Assembly: GCA_951406725.2 (NCBI GenBank)
Contig: OX597817.1
Coordinates: 137,888,001 to 137,952,000 of the forward strand
Direction: 5' to 3'
DNA from: Octopus vulgaris
Lineage: Eukaryota
Length of the DNA: 64,000 nucleotides
Part shown: piece by piece, positions 13,201-29,436 of the stretch
Layout: every line of letters begins with the position of its first letter
Numbering within the stretch: position 1 is the first letter of the stretch
Made by a program: the position numbers and the translations under genes
The notes under the pieces: generated by a model
Seen by the model: the letters and a program-made list of their open reading frames with translations, nothing else
Told to the model about the DNA's origin: nothing
Database searches by the model: none

Positions 13201-14586
13201 AATCTGCTTAGAGAAGATCTGCTTTAGAAATACTCCATTGTCCTCTACGTATACAAACGATCAACTCCTCCGTCCCATGCACTTTGGGTGTCGAATGGTA
13301 ATCGTCAAAATAACATAATAACCACCATAATTAAACATCCTGTGGGTGATGGCATGTATCGGAATAGGAGATTCGAAGACCCTACTCTATTTTTAAAATA
13401 TTATCGAAAAAAAGAATTGGCTTCAGCTGGCGATCTTAATCCATTTAAGACCGGAAAGATGCGTCAAGATTCCTGATCTTATTGAACTGACGTACGGACT
13501 ATAACTTCAGGTTATTGTTGGAAGACCTAGATGCTACACATGTGGGAGTAACCCTTGAAGACCGTGAGTAGGAAGAAAGCCAGCACTACAGATAGCACCA
13601 AAACACAGCAACAACAACACTACCAATAACAACGACTAGAAAACAAAGAGCAGCAACAGAAGCTCCACTAACAACTACTGTTACAAAAAAGAACGAGAAA
13701 CAACAGTGGATGCTTGCTAACCCCAGATCTTTCCCCTTTGAGCAAGCATAGTTCTGGCGTTGCGGCCACAGCCATTCCATCTTTTATTCATGTATAAAGT
13801 ATCTAAATCTATTTCATCAAATGCATTTTTCCTTTTTCACAAATATACTTCGAGAGGGATCCAACTCTCCACTTCTCTCGCTCTCGACGACTAAACTAGC
13901 CAACACGGTCATCTCTCAATAAGCAATTTGTCAGACAGATACATAGCGTTGCCCCAAAAGTGATCGGAGTGATGGAGCTACTGTCAACTGGCAAAACATG
14001 GCGTGAATATTCTACTATCGCTTCTTAAGGCACCAGCCAGATCAGAGCGGCATAATACATCACAAGAAACACGACCATCTTGGTTTTTGCTTTAACAACT
14101 AAAACTACAACGGTGTCTGCGGTAGACCGTTATGAATCTATAGTACGGAAATGGCTACAGGGACTATATACGTACATATTCATACGCACATATGTACATA
14201 CACATATATGTACGCTGTCAGCTCTTCTGAATGTGTAATCTATATGTATCTAACAGTATGGTAATTAAGCGTATATTTGATAATAATTGTTATCTTGAAG
14301 TGAAATTGGCAGAGAATACTTGAGACATAAGACAAAAGCGAGTAGGAGTTGCCAAGAAAGATATATAAAGGAAGGTGCTGTCCGGAAAAACAGAAGGTGA
14401 AGGGTGACTGGACAAGTTGACAGTTTCGGTATGACGCGGATGAATAACTATTTTGTTTAAATTATAGAGCAGGAGGTGGAAGAAAATAGTTACTTGAGGG
14501 TTAATGTGATAAATATCCGTTTCTCTTACAGCGAGAAACAATCACATAGACACATACACACACACACCGAAATGCATATATAAATG

Positions 14587-14617
<31 letters not shown>

Positions 14618-14776
14618 ATATAGGTATGCATGCATATATATGCTTATATATATACATATACATATACGTAACAGACATCTAGCGATCACATGTATATAAT
14701 GTACACACACACACATATATATATATATATATGCACAAGCGTATATACACACGCACACATATACGTTCTTACATAT

Positions 14777-14809
<33 letters not shown>

Positions 14810-15129
14810 TATGTTTGTCTAAACGTTTCTATGAGAGTAAGTGCATTCTACACGATTGAAACACAACCAACTGAGGATTACAGTAATAGTGACTGTTGCC
14901 ACTTTAGAGGTGAACCGAAATTTACTGCTTCTTGGGGTAAACCAAGCGAGAAATATAATTATGAAAAATAGTTATGTCCAGCGAAGATAATGAAATTATA
15001 GCGGAAAATGCTGGATATTGTTGAAGGAGATTGTTAGTCCTTTTGGCTTAGACTAGCTTTTTCATAGTTTCATATTTAAAAATTCTCCAAGAATCTGTTG
15101 CATTTTCTGCTTCCGAAAATCTCCATTCA

Positions 15130-15900
15130 GTAATTTTGGTCCATGAAAAATGACTAAAATTTGAGATTTAAGCCTCCATTACGAGGGTCTTAGAATCATA
15201 TATATAGGTATATTTTAAAATTTTATTTCTGATACCTATGGTTCAAATTTCATCAAAATTCGAAGCATATGAATTTTCACGGGGAGGGGGAGGGCTGCCC
15301 CCCTTTTATGCCCTCTCAAAATTTATGAAACATACGGCATTACCCTTCTTCCTAGGCTTGGATTTTGTGTTCCAAATTTCATTCGGATCGGTCCAGTAGT
15401 TTTCGAGTCTATAAGTAATACACGAACATACAGACATTGATTTTATATAATAGACTAGTATTATAACCCGATTTCATTCGGGTCTACTCGGGCCAAATTT
15501 TAAAGATGAGGCCCTAGAGGCCATGCCTTTCATGTGAGCAAACTGAAAGTTGCATGCAAACTCCCCAGCACTTTTAACATAGGAGTGCAACTTTGCAGAT
15601 TAATCCGACCACATTTACTTACAATTTTGCTTGCACAACTGCTTGTGAGACAACATCCGCCCTTTTCACAAATATACAGTAGATAAGAATTATATGAGGT
15701 AAAAAAATGTACATGAAAAGAGTAAATAAATAAAGGTTGAAATATCGTTTAAAAATCATATTATATTTAAATTTAAGATTAAAAGTCGTTGAAATAAGGT
15801 TTAAAAGTTATAAAATGCATCGGTAGTAGTGAGAAATCCTAATTATGGATTTAAAAGAGTTCTGAAGAAATGTTTTATAGTGGGTTATAACGTCAATACG
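15130..15900 (+). mobile_element. Helentron-associated (HINE/DINE-1-like) elements, head-to-tail junction at about 15454
   Basis: 3' end aaatttcattcggatcggtccagtagtttt...acatacagacattgattttatataataga joined to 5' end actagt...ACCCGA tttcat TCGGGT hairpin; outer limits uncertain. Confidence 0.6.
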
Positions 15901-16227
15901 AAGCAACTCAACAGCCGTTTCTAGAGGCTATTAGTCAGCAGGTATGTATCATTTAGATTCACACTGACATGTCACCTTCATCAGGAATAAGTAAGTAGAT
16001 AATTAATCAAGTTTGAAGGCCTGTAAGAGAAAAGAAAAGAAAGAAAAAGAAGGCAATTTTTGGTTGCCTTACGTTACATTACATATGTATGTATATGTGT
16101 GTGTATGTATGTATGTATGTATGTATGTATGTATGCATGCATGCATGTATGCATGCGTGCATATATATATGTACATATGATGTATGTATGTATGTATAAT
16201 CAATGTACACACACATATACGTTTATG

Positions 16228-16550
16228 CGGCTGTGTGGTAAGAATCGCAGGTAAGAGGCTTGCTTCCCAACCAAATATTTCCGGGTTCAGTCCTACTGCG
16301 TGGCACCTTGGGCAAGTGTCTTCTACTATTGCCTCGGGCCGACCAAAGCCTTGTGAGAGGAATTGGTAGAGAGAAACTGACAGCCGATGTTGGTGTATTT
16401 CCGTATTCGTAACCTAGTGGTTCGGCAAAAGAGACCGATAGAATAAGTACTGGGCTTACAAAGAATGATTTCTGAGGTCGATTTGTTCGACTAAAGGCGG
16501 TGTTCCATCATGACCGCGGCCAAATGACTGAAACAAGTAAAAGAATAAAA
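16228..16550 (+). mobile_element. SINE family A with internal microsatellite deleted
   Basis: gagaaactgac joined directly to agccgatgttggtg. Confidence 0.88.
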
Positions 16551-16613
16551 GGATATATAAATACATATATATATATATATATATTATAATAAGATATATA
16601 TATATATAGCTAT

Positions 16614-16721
<108 letters not shown>

Positions 16722-17022
16722 CATATCATATATATATATTGGTTAAGCTTGCTAACTTATTATTTTTTTAAATATTAATGATATTTCATTGTGTGTATGT
16801 GTGTGTGTGTTTGTATATCTACGTTTATATATAGTTGTGTATATATGTGTGCGCGTGTGTGTGTGTGGGTATATGTGTGTATATACATGTATATCTACAT
16901 ACACACACAAACTCACACACATATATATTCTGTGTACACATTTGCGAGGTTAAATATCTAAACTGCAGCTGATATGCGTTAGTAATTCAGTTGTTATAAA
17001 AGACTAACATTATGTTTGTGAA

Positions 17023-17790
17023 CGAGAAGAAGAAGAAGAAGAAGAAGAAGAAGAAGAAGAAGAAGAAGAAGAACGAGGGGAGGAGAGGGTAATAAGGAGG
17101 AGAATGGGAGGTGAAGAGGAGGGGGGGAAAGGGGAGAAAGAAGAAGAAACGATAAAGATGAATAAAGAGAAAAGGAAGAGGAGAAAGAAGAAAAGGTAAA
17201 AATGAAGAGGATGAGGTGGAGGAGGAAGAAGGAGAAGAAGAAGAAGAAGAAAAAGAAGAAGAAGAAGAAGAAGAAGAAGAAGAAGAAGAACGAGGGGAGG
17301 AGAGGGTAATAAGGAGGAGAATGGGAGGTGAAGAGGAGGGGGGGAAAGGGGAGAAAGAAGAAGAAACGATAAAGATGAATAAAGAGAAAAGGAAGAGGAG
17401 AAAGAAGAAAAGGTAAAAATGAAGAGGATGAGGTGGAGGAGGAAGAAGGAGAAGAAGATGAAGAAGAAGATGAAGAAGAAGAAGGAGGAGGAGGAGGAGG
17501 AGGCAAACGAGGAGGAAGAGAGGAGGAGAAGGGGAGGATGGTAGGTGAAGATGAGGAGTAGGACGGGGGGAGGAAGGAGGAGGGGAGAAAGGAAAAAACG
17601 ATAAAGATGAATAGAGAAGAAAAAGAGGGAAAAAAGGAAGAAGAAGAAGAAGAGGAAGAATCAGAAGAAGAAGAAGAAGAAGAAGAAGAAGAAGAAGAAG
17701 AAGAAGAAGAAGAAGAAGAAGAAGAAGAAGAAGAAAAAGAAGAAGAAAAAGAAGAAGTAGAAGAAGGAGAAATAGAAGAAGGAGAAGAAG
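17023..17790. repeat. Polypurine (GAA/GGA) tract with about 218 bp tandem unit
   Basis: Unit gaacgaggggaggagagggtaataagg... at 17071 and 17288, degenerate third copy near 17505. Confidence 0.92.
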
Positions 17791-18029
17791 CAACGTATAA
17801 AGATGTAAATGGGAATACTCCGAATCCGAGGAGTTGAACTTCAAAGACGTCTGGTTGTGTGAATGTGGGAACCCTTTTCCATATCTGCAAGTTTGCTGTA
17901 ATGGAAATAATCGCAGAAGTGTGATTGCCTGGTCCTTGTTATGAGAAATATGTTATTTGTAGAGTCTCAGACGAGAAACAGTTTGCTTGTATAAGAAATC
18001 ACTAAAATTCATTGCAGTTACATCTAGAT

Positions 18030-18088
<59 letters not shown>

Positions 18089-18463
18089 TGTGTGTGTGTG
18101 AGTGTGTGTGTGTGTGAGTGTGTGTGTGTGTATGTGTGTGTGGTGTGTGTAGGTGGGTGGGTGGGTGGATGTGTGTGCGTTTGTGCGGGGGTGCACAGGC
18201 GCGCGAGTGCCTAGCATGTGTGTATAATTTTATAAGTTATATATTATATACACCCAGAACCCACGATACTAGCTTAGGAGTGAAGTTTAGAATTTCTTTG
18301 TTTTCTGTGAATTGATTTTGATAAAACTTTTCACAGCTGGTTTGCACACTATAACAACGCCATTGTTATGTTTTAATTATTCCGTGTAAAGTCCTTTCTT
18401 TTTTATTTCAGATTCTTCAGTTTTTGGGTGAACCGCGCTAATGGCGTCTCGTCTCTAAGAAAA

Positions 18464-19420
18464 ATGAGATGTAGAAAAGGCCTTAACGATAAAGAAATGT
18501 CTTTCATCATCAAGGAAAGTTCTAAAGGCACATCTCTTTATGGCAATTGCGTAGAAGTTAGGTCGTCATGTGGACACGGTTAGACGATTCCTGAAGGACC
18601 CTTCGCCAAGGAAGAAACGATCCAATTGTGAGACCTTCAAGACTGTGACAGTTAGGGAATTTATGGAATATTGGCTGCAAGTTACGTGGGAAACCTGGAC
18701 AAAGAAGCAAGCCATTTTCACCACCTCAGGCCTTCCTCGTATACTGAAAACCACAACAAATCGCATCTTCGAGACCATGGCTTCTGTGCGAGAGCCCCTG
18801 AAACTGCTTCCTTTGACACTTCGTCACAGGAGTTTGAGGTCTCAATGGGCCCAAAAGTATATGACGTTAACATGAGTTGTGTTCTGTTCACTGCTGAAAC
18901 CAGGGCAACTTTTCACAAATCTGACGGTTGGGTAAATGGTTGGGTCTGTTCTGGAGATGAGTGTTACCAACGTGTATGACGTCAACAACAGGGTGGAGGA
19001 GTCATGTTGTGGGTTGGTTATCATTGGGGACAGACTTGTTGGCCCAGTCTGAGTGCCTGCAGAGGTTAAAGTGACTGCAGCCGCCCACTGCAATCTCCTT
19101 AAGGAGGTCTTAGATCCCTAGCTAGATGACATACCGTAGTCACTTCTAAGGAGTCTCGTATTCATGCATGACAACGTTCCCTCTGCTAGGACCCCCCCCC
19201 CCCCCAACATTCATAGGGTCTTACAGCATACAAGGTGAAATGCTGATGGTGTGACCGCTAGCATCTCCGGATCTCAACCCTATCGAAAATCTTTGGTCCA
19301 TCATTAAACAAGATGTTTATGCCAATGGGCGTCAAATTACGTCGAAAGATGTTTTATGGGCGACCAGCAAAGCTGCAGCAGCAGCAGTCTAACCTGCTAC
19401 TATTCAGAAATTGACTATAT
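18464..19420 (+). pseudogene. Tc1/Tc3-like transposase pseudogene
   Basis: KLGRHVDTVRRFLK (HTH), QWAQKYM, VLFTAETRAT, RQQQGGGVMLW, FMHDNVP, PLASPDLNPIENLWSIIKQDVY; stops and frameshifts. Confidence 0.9.
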
Positions 19421-19434
19421 TGAGACCTATGGGT

Positions 19435-19755
19435 CAAAAATGTTGGTGGCACATAAGAATTAAAACAGCCACCAAGTTGTGTTTTAACACAACCGGAAAA
19501 ATATTGTTGCGTAGGACCTCAAGAAAAAGATAGGCTATTTTGCAGAAATCAGCTGTACTCAGGATACCAATGTTGTCTGTGAAATACAGAAATAGAACGT
19601 GAATGGATCATTGATAAGGCGTTTGCAAACTCAGCGGAGACAAAGTATGGCTGCTGTTGGGTTCTTGGGGAGAGAATGTGAATTATTAATTAATACACTA
19701 CAAATGATTGTGATGTTTGGGACAATAAAATTCTGCAAGATCTTAGAATTTAAAG
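19435..19755 (+). pseudogene. RLE-type non-LTR retrotransposon C-terminal remnant (second family)
   Basis: WWHIRIKTATKL, HNRKNIV (HNRPDIV), EISCTQDTNV, LIRRLQ, LQMIVMFGTIKFCK. Confidence 0.65.
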
Positions 19756-21141
19756 GATGAAGAACAAAACAAGATACTTTCCTCGACGATCTTACTACGA
19801 CGCAGGTGGCCGGTCCAAATCGAGTCTGAATTAAAGAGAAAAAGAACCTATACGCATCTGCCATACAGATATAGATAGACATACGAACATATGTGTGTAC
19901 TTAACATATATATAATACCAACAGACACGAATTATGCAGATAGCGATTCACAAGATTCTACATCCTCGTGAATTACAATGTAGTAACAGAACTGAAGTGA
20001 AAGAGAACAAAGAAAAGAAACAACTGTGAATGTAGGTGAAGATTGTAAGGTCGATGGAGGAAGTGAATGTGTGTAGAAGCAAAAATAAATCAGGAACCAA
20101 ATGGAAATACAGACAATCTAATAATGATGTTACGGGCCAAGAAAGAAAAACATTACTCGCTTGATATCACTGTGGTGTGAAAATTATTGCACCAATGGTG
20201 AGGTGTCTATAGATCCTGTATCCAAAATACAGTTTCTGGTGTAACCCACCATTATTGAAGTGCCAGGGTATGTATTAAGTCACTTGAATCAAAACATAGC
20301 AGAATACTGATTCATGGAGAAGAAATGTAAATCTCCATAATTCCTACATTCCAGATGAAGGCCTTGTTTCAGACAACAAACATGTGAAAGACATTAAAAT
20401 TTAAAAGAGGGAACGTCAGCACAAAGAACAACTTAAAGAAACGTGTACTTTGTATTTATTTGCATTTTAACAACCTCTTCCTTACAACCTAACGACCAAA
20501 CTAGCATCATTCACTCATTGGAAATACTGAAAAGCGAATCAAGAATTGGTTATAAATATATATATATATGTACTTACAAGTATAAAAGAGATGAACGTAG
20601 CATTGTAAGTATGAGAAACTCGTCAAATAACATCGTTTTGCAGTATTAAACACTGAATTATTACAACCGTTAATGTGCTTCAATGCAAAAAAAAGGTAGA
20701 TTGGAAAATGAGAACTTTTTATAGAGCTGAGAAATTACAGCAGGAAAATTCCATTGCTTCTGAACACATTACAGTTTGGTAAATAAAAATAGTTTTTTTT
20801 TTATTGAGCATAACAAATTGCTTTTATTCTCTGCAATAGACTTGCATAAATATACGACTGGTGTTGAAAAGAAATACTACGAGTTTTATTGGGAAACTTG
20901 GAAATAACAATTATTTTTATGTACATTTAATTTTCTATAAATCGAAGAAAATATTTATCAAGGAATTCGATCTTGAATATAATTACATTAACACATGGCC
21001 CCAATCAATCCTAGATCAATTATCAATAATTTTATTGCCAAATTGTCTTCTTGTTCAATGAAAACATCAAACACTTTGATAACTATAAAGTATGTTCTAC
21101 TAAGAGCTTTTACGTCTTCGTAGGTGAGATTACACGTGGCT

Positions 21142-21186
<45 letters not shown>

Positions 21187-22499
21187 TTCATATACTTACA
21201 GACACACTCATACACATACGTATGAATAGTAATGCGAAATACAGCTCAACAATAGCAGCAACAGCAGGATCCTAAGCAGTTTCGATTCCAAGTTGATTAA
21301 AGCAATCTTTGACCAATTTTGTACGATAAAACTAATTCTTCAAGAACACAACACAGATAAAACAAAAAAAATGATGAAATAAATCGCACCAGGAATGTTT
21401 TTTCAAAGACTTCTCTAATTGTCTTTATCGATCATTATCGACAACGTCATCAATATTTTAAACCATCCTCCCTGATGGTTCTTCTGAATCCACCCTAACT
21501 CTAATAATAATGAATGTGCAGTCAGGAAATTGGATACATAGATCCTTTGGCAATGATCTATAGATATATTCTTTCTCTTGATGGTCACAGCTGGAACGCC
21601 ATCGGTCATATATTTTTCATTTAACGGCACCAATATTGTCCCCCACCCCCATCACTATGGTCAACATTAAAGTAACGATTCCTTGAGATAATTTGGTTCT
21701 GTTCCCAGGATAATTCTAACAATATCACACTAAGGCACCAGTATTATCCGTCATACCATTGGTGCAATACACATGACCTCTGACGTTTTCTTCTTGAACC
21801 GTTTGTGTTGATGAGGGAAAGAACCTACTTGGTGGACAACGGCCAACTCCCTAGCAACCTCTCCAGATGTGATAGGAACTGATCTTAGTGACACTTTTCT
21901 GTAGACTTCGGAGATTAAAAGATGACCACGAATTCTCTTTTAATTTTAAATTATATATTATGAATGTCATATTGTATGGCAACCATCAAAGACATAACCA
22001 TTTGGTTTTCAAGGATTTCGTTGACTAGGTATCTTGATAATCTGCCGCTTGTGGATTTCTCTCCCCTCTATCTTGCCCTCCACTTTCTATACTGTTCTAT
22101 ACTCTTTGTAGCCAGCCTTTGCTTCCGTTCTAAATTGAATTCTAATCTATTCTGCTATTCTGCTGTCTTTTAGCCATTATCGCTGGCAGCAAATGTGTCT
22201 CACTCCCGATCAATCTGAGATAGTAACGTAGATACCTGAAAATATCCTCTGTCATATCACTTCACACTCTTGAAAGAACGAAAACCTTCCACTTCAAATA
22301 TTTCCGAATGGTTCCCGAATAGGAACACAAACGAAGAATACACTGCGTACAACGCCTGCAGGACAATCACCCTCCCCTACCAGCTGGATATCTTTTACTC
22401 TCTGCCATTAACCATGCAAGACTTCAAACCAAAGTTCAAGGACACCTTCGTACATGTCATAGTATAGAATGTTTTACATTCTGTTCCTCAAATTGCTAA

Positions 22500-24200
<1,701 letters not shown>

Positions 24201-24856
24201 TCGATCTCTCCAGGAGGGCCACAATCACTTTCTCTTCACTGATACCACAAAATAATAACCTTTACACTTCTCACCATTTTTAATATAGACACAACATTCT
24301 ATTCGTAATGAGTAGAATAATATCTTCACATTTGCGGTAGAATATTGCAGCACAGACATAACAGACACATTTGAAGAGAACAAACTGATATTATATATAT
24401 CTATTAGAATGAATCCTAAAAGCAAATTCAATTGGCCGCTGACGTAAACGAAGACGTATTGCAGTATTTCTAACTTAACTCTCGTTGATGATGTCATAGA
24501 TAACATCACCAAATCAACAATGGACGCCAACTATGACATCATATGCAATTTTAAAGTAGTTGCATTTTGTAATACTAGCGAGAAATTACATGAAATGTCA
24601 TTGATGTGTGCACATATTACAGTTTCCAAATAAAAGACAATATTTTAGATTTACCAATATTAGTTTAAAGACAAGCTTAACCTTTTAATATTCCACTCCT
24701 GGCAAACTGCCTCTTCTCTCTTACGTTGGGCAATGTTATGAGAGAATTTTACGAAATAAAAACAGGAGTTTTTTTTTTTTACCGGAAACAGCGTGTCGGT
24801 TTATTGTGTACAATCATGGCAGAATGTCTTAAGGAAATATATACGTATGTGTGTGT

Positions 24857-25210
24857 GTGAGTGTAAGTGTGTGAGTTTGCATGTGTGTGTGTATGATTGT
24901 GTGTGTGAGTTTGTGTGAGTGTGTGTGTGTGTGTAGGTACACGTGTCGCGCTCTATGCATTGTATATGGATGTCTTGAATATGTATGTATATATATATAC
25001 ATATATATATATATACACATTTACATATACATATACATACTTGTACGTGTGAGTGTAAGTGTGTGAGTTTGCATGTGTGTGTGTGTGATTGTGTGCGTGT
25101 GTGTGTGTGTGAGTGAGTAGGTACTCGTGTCGCGCTCTATGCATTGTATATGGATGTCTTGAATATGTATGTATATATATATATATACACATTTACATAT
25201 ACATATACAT
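24857..25210. repeat. Tandem duplication, two copies of about 180 bp
   Basis: cgtgtcgcgctctatgcattgtatatggatgtcttgaatatg repeated near 24941 and 25126. Confidence 0.9.
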
Positions 25211-25664
25211 GTACGTATATATACATATATATGCATACATATGCATAATTATGCATACATATTTATGCATATATACGTATATATATATATGCATAAATAT
25301 GTATAAACAATATATAATATATAGTATTCATATATTTTATGCATATATGTATTATATGACATATGTGTTTGTGCGTGTGTGTGAGTGTGTGTGTTTGTGT
25401 GTTTATCGTAAGCAGCTCTGCTGACATTTAGGGTGACATATCTGGCCATGCGTATCTGATTTGTATCTTTATCACAATCATAAATTCTAATTCTTAAGAC
25501 CTGGACATAAAAACTAGTACTTACTTGTCAATTATTGTCGGAAGTCGACGGGAATTAGCAGCGAGGTGGGCAGCTTTAAAATTATATGTGCAGGAATGTG
25601 TCTGTGGTTGTGTGTGCATATACATTCGTCTGAATGTGAATATGTAGATATACGTGTGTATATA

Positions 25665-25743
<79 letters not shown>

Positions 25744-26167
25744 TTTTATGCTTATGTCGGCACATGTATGTATATGTATGTGTGTATGTATATAAACATA
25801 TATATATATATATATTTTATGGGTATATAAACATACATATATATGTATATATATATATATATGTGTGTGTGTGTATGAATTTATATATGTTGATATGCAT
25901 TTACAGAATGGCTGTGTCCACATATGAGCGTGTATAGTGATTTATATACACATGGGTGTATATGTCTATATGTTTCGATGTGTATATTTATTTAAACGCT
26001 TTTCTTTATAAAAGTACTTCATTATAGCCCCTATGGCGTTAAAAGAATACAGATTGACACCTGTTACTGCGTTTCCATGATGAAACAGCTGTAACCTAAT
26101 AAACGCAGCTCTGTAGATGTTTTTTGTTTGTCTTTTTACTTATCAATCAATTTTCCATTCTGTATAA

Positions 26168-26387
26168 AGCGGCGAGCTAGCACAATCGTTACGGAGCCGG
26201 AAAAAACGGTAAGCAGCATTTCGTCCGTTTTTTCTGTTCTGAGTTTAAACTAATTCGAGATCGAATTTTACCTTTCATCCTTTCAGGGTCGACAATATAA
26301 GCACCAGTTGAGCACTGGGGTCGATGTAATTGATTGCACTCTCTCCTAAAATTGCAGGTGTTGTGCCAAAATTTAAGACCAATATTT
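26168..26387 (+). mobile_element. SINE family B, full length degenerate
   Basis: gcggcgagctagca head; cctttcatcctttcagggtcgac core; ctggggtcgatgtaat. Confidence 0.85.
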
Positions 26388-26559
26388 TGCTTTGTAGGTA
26401 TGTTGCTGTGTCTGGATGGAAGGACGTCTGTGAGTTAACTTTGCATCTCAGTTGGAGACTCAAGACATTACATACATACTGGGTTCTAACAACTGGTTAT
26501 TTTGTCCTGCAATGACAAAACTATATTGTGTGTGTGGGGGGGGATATTTACTTGTTCAG

Positions 26560-27520
26560 GGAAGAGGAAAGGGCATTGCCCATGACATATGCAAGCTCAC
26601 CGAGTTACGTGATCTGGACCCGATCAATTATCCTCAATGATGGAGATAGGAACAGAGGCCATTATAAAAGTGACGAATGCCAAAGAGAGTGGAGGCATGG
26701 CTCCTGTGGGCTTGACCTGGAGTCTAACCGTTTGTGTTTCTGTTCTAATATGTTGAATGATCCTTTTGTAGATGCTGTTGCTGTTGTTGAGGGAACGGTC
26801 TTTGTCCCAGAGCTCGCAAGATGGGAGAAGTCCGAAACGTGGTCCTTTACTATTCGTAACACCCGCAGAAGAGAAAGCAGGTCAACCCCCGACACCGGGA
26901 GCAACGACGGATGGATGGATGAATGCGCATCTAGGCTCAGCGGTTGCGTAGGACGTCGGGGACAAGAAACAGGAAGAAAGAGTGAGAGAAAGTTAGAGCG
27001 AAAGAGTACAACAGGGGTCGCCACCACCCCCTGCCGGAGGCTCGTGGAGCTTTAGGTGTTTTCGCTCAATAAACACACACAACGCTCGGTCTGGGAATCG
27101 AAACCACGATCCTCCGATCGCGAGTCCGCTGCCCTAACCACTAGGCCATTGCGCCTCCACTATAGATGCTGTTCAGGGTGAATGTGTAGAAACTAGCAGA
27201 GCGATTCTAAACGTGGGCAAAATACTCCATTGTGGTCCTCAATTGAGCATTGTTGAGCGTCAGCATTTGCTGAAGGCTAGAATATTTTCTGGGCCTGAAG
27301 GGAAGGCCTCTTTTGAGAATACGGTCTAAAGATCCTGAGAGTATGTTTTCGCCAGGGGAGATTTTCCCTAACAGTGAAACCCAGCGTGTAGATGTCCTCT
27401 TGGATAATTATCATACATGTAAACACACATAAGGCAGTTTGACAACATTTGAGGGTGATTTGGCTACTATTTCTAGCAGTTTGAACGGCGCCATAGTCTC
27501 CCTCGTAGACAAGCTGCAAC
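26560..27520 (-). pseudogene. Decayed L2/Jockey-group LINE 3' part, interrupted by SINE C
   Basis: LGFTVRENLPWRKH, LTLNNAQLRTTMEYFAHV, HFYNGLCS; similarity continues across the SINE. Confidence 0.7.
26780..27162 (-). mobile_element. SINE family C, full length with 11 bp target-site duplication
   Basis: A box tggcctagtgg, B box gtttcgattcc, (CAA)-type tail; TSD tagatgctgtt at 26769-26779 and 27163-27173. Confidence 0.9.
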
Positions 27521-27575
27521 CATGCGCCTATATGTGTATTTGTAGTTTTAACTGTATGCGTTTATATCTGTTATA

Positions 27576-27646
<71 letters not shown>

Positions 27647-28332
27647 GTGCCCATAGTTAAGTATGTGCAGTTGGTATGTATGCGCGTTAATAATACTTAA
27701 AGATTGCCCGAGGAAACGAATTTATCTTTTGAAGCCCAGAAATCGAAACTGGTCAATAAAAAATGTGTGATAACTGTAATAAATATTTGTGATAACAATA
27801 GCGGGAGAAACAATTTTATTAAATATTGGGCTTTTGATGGAGCGTTCAACCAATGGATATGAGCCGCATCACTGTGTCCACTCGCAGATTCACGTGTGTG
27901 TGTGTGAGGGAGAGAGAGAGATAGATATAGAGAGAGTAGAGAGAGAGTAGAGACAGAGACAGACAGACAGAGAGACGGAATGTGAGTACAGTACCACGTC
28001 GTAACAGACTTCCTGTGGAGTGTATTATGAAGTGTGATTTCATTGGCTGCAAAAATTGAGATAAGGCCGGTTTTTCTCAAAACGATATTTTGTTTCTTGC
28101 TACAAAATGATGGATAAGGGAACCGTTCAATCCCTGTAGAAAAAAAAAAAGAGAGAATCAAGGCCTGAAGAAGTTTATTCCAACTAAAATCGATTGATAT
28201 TTCCTTCGGATTTTGAAAATTAACGATAAAGCAACTCGTTTCACGCTTCCGGTTGTTGAAGATCAAAAACGTTGAGTAATTTTTTTCACTTAGTTTGGGA
28301 AGCTATGCGTTTCTCAAACTTGGAAACTTACC

Positions 28333-28820
28333 ATGTGTGTGTGTGTGTGTGCAAGTGTATGTGTGTGCGTGTGTGTGTGTGCTCGCGATCGTCTGTGAAT
28401 GTGTGCGCATCTGTGTGTGTGTGTGTATGTGTGTGTTTGTGTGCGTGTTCCATGTGTGTGTATGTATGTGCGTGCATCTGTGTGTGTATGTGCGTGTAAG
28501 TGTATGTGTGTATGTGTGTGTGCACGCGCGATCGTCCGTGAATGTGTGAGCATCTGTGTGTGTGTGTGTTTGTGTGTGTGTTCGTCTGTGTGTGTGTGTG
28601 TATGTGTGTGCATCTGTGTGTGTCTGTGTGCGCGCGTGTGTTTGTCCGCGTGTGTGCGTGCGCGCATACGTCTGTGTGTGTGTATGTGTGTGTCTGTGTG
28701 CGCGCGTGCGTTTGTGTGTGTGTGCGTGCGACCGTGTGTGCGCGCTTGTGCGTGTATGCATGTGTGTGTGTGTATGTGTGTGTGCATCTGTGTGTGTGTG
28801 CGTGTGTGCGCGCTTGTGTT
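28333..28820. repeat. Degenerate (TG)n/(TGCG) tract with internal duplications
   Basis: Direct inspection. Confidence 0.9.
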
Positions 28821-28859
28821 TTATGCTTTATGATTTCCTGTATTTCCTGGTTTCGTTTC

Positions 28860-29040
28860 TGCTTTGTTTCTGGTGACACCAACCACGATGTCCTCTCATC
28901 TGGTATCTTAGATAAAAACTGGAATAGACTCTCTTTGAAGGTCACCACATCTGCACTTCACAACTGTCTGAGGGTGTTTGTCAGAATGTTGAATAGTTGT
29001 GGACCCTTGAAACCCAAACTGTTTTAGTACTGGCTCCTCA
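28860..29040 (-). pseudogene. CR1 LINE ORF2 extreme C-terminus
   Basis: NSLGFKGPQLFNIL...VVTFKESLFQFLSKIPDE. Confidence 0.8.
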
Positions 29041-29359
29041 TATACACACACACACGCGCACACACAGACATACATACATACACACACATACACACACACG
29101 CACACACACACACACACACACATACATACATACACACTTACACACATATATATATATTAATATGCACATATATTCATAAGTACGTGTGTATGCACACACA
29201 CACACACATTATGTACAAATATTTATAAGTACGTGTGTATGGACACGCACACACACGCACACACACGCACACACACATACATACATACAAACTTATACAC
29301 ATATATATACATTAATATGTACATATATTCATAAGTACGTGTGTATGCACACACACACT

Positions 29360-29436
<77 letters not shown>

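Noticed and set aside
16987-17890. Poly-Glu/Ser/Leu ORFs of 285-298 aa
   Set aside because: Products of the GAA tract; no domain or convincing splice context
26528-27055. 175 aa plus-strand ORF
   Set aside because: Antisense read-through of a SINE and a decayed LINE
27085-27157. tRNA gene
   Set aside because: It is the tRNA-derived head of a SINE with body, tail and TSD; no proper acceptor stem
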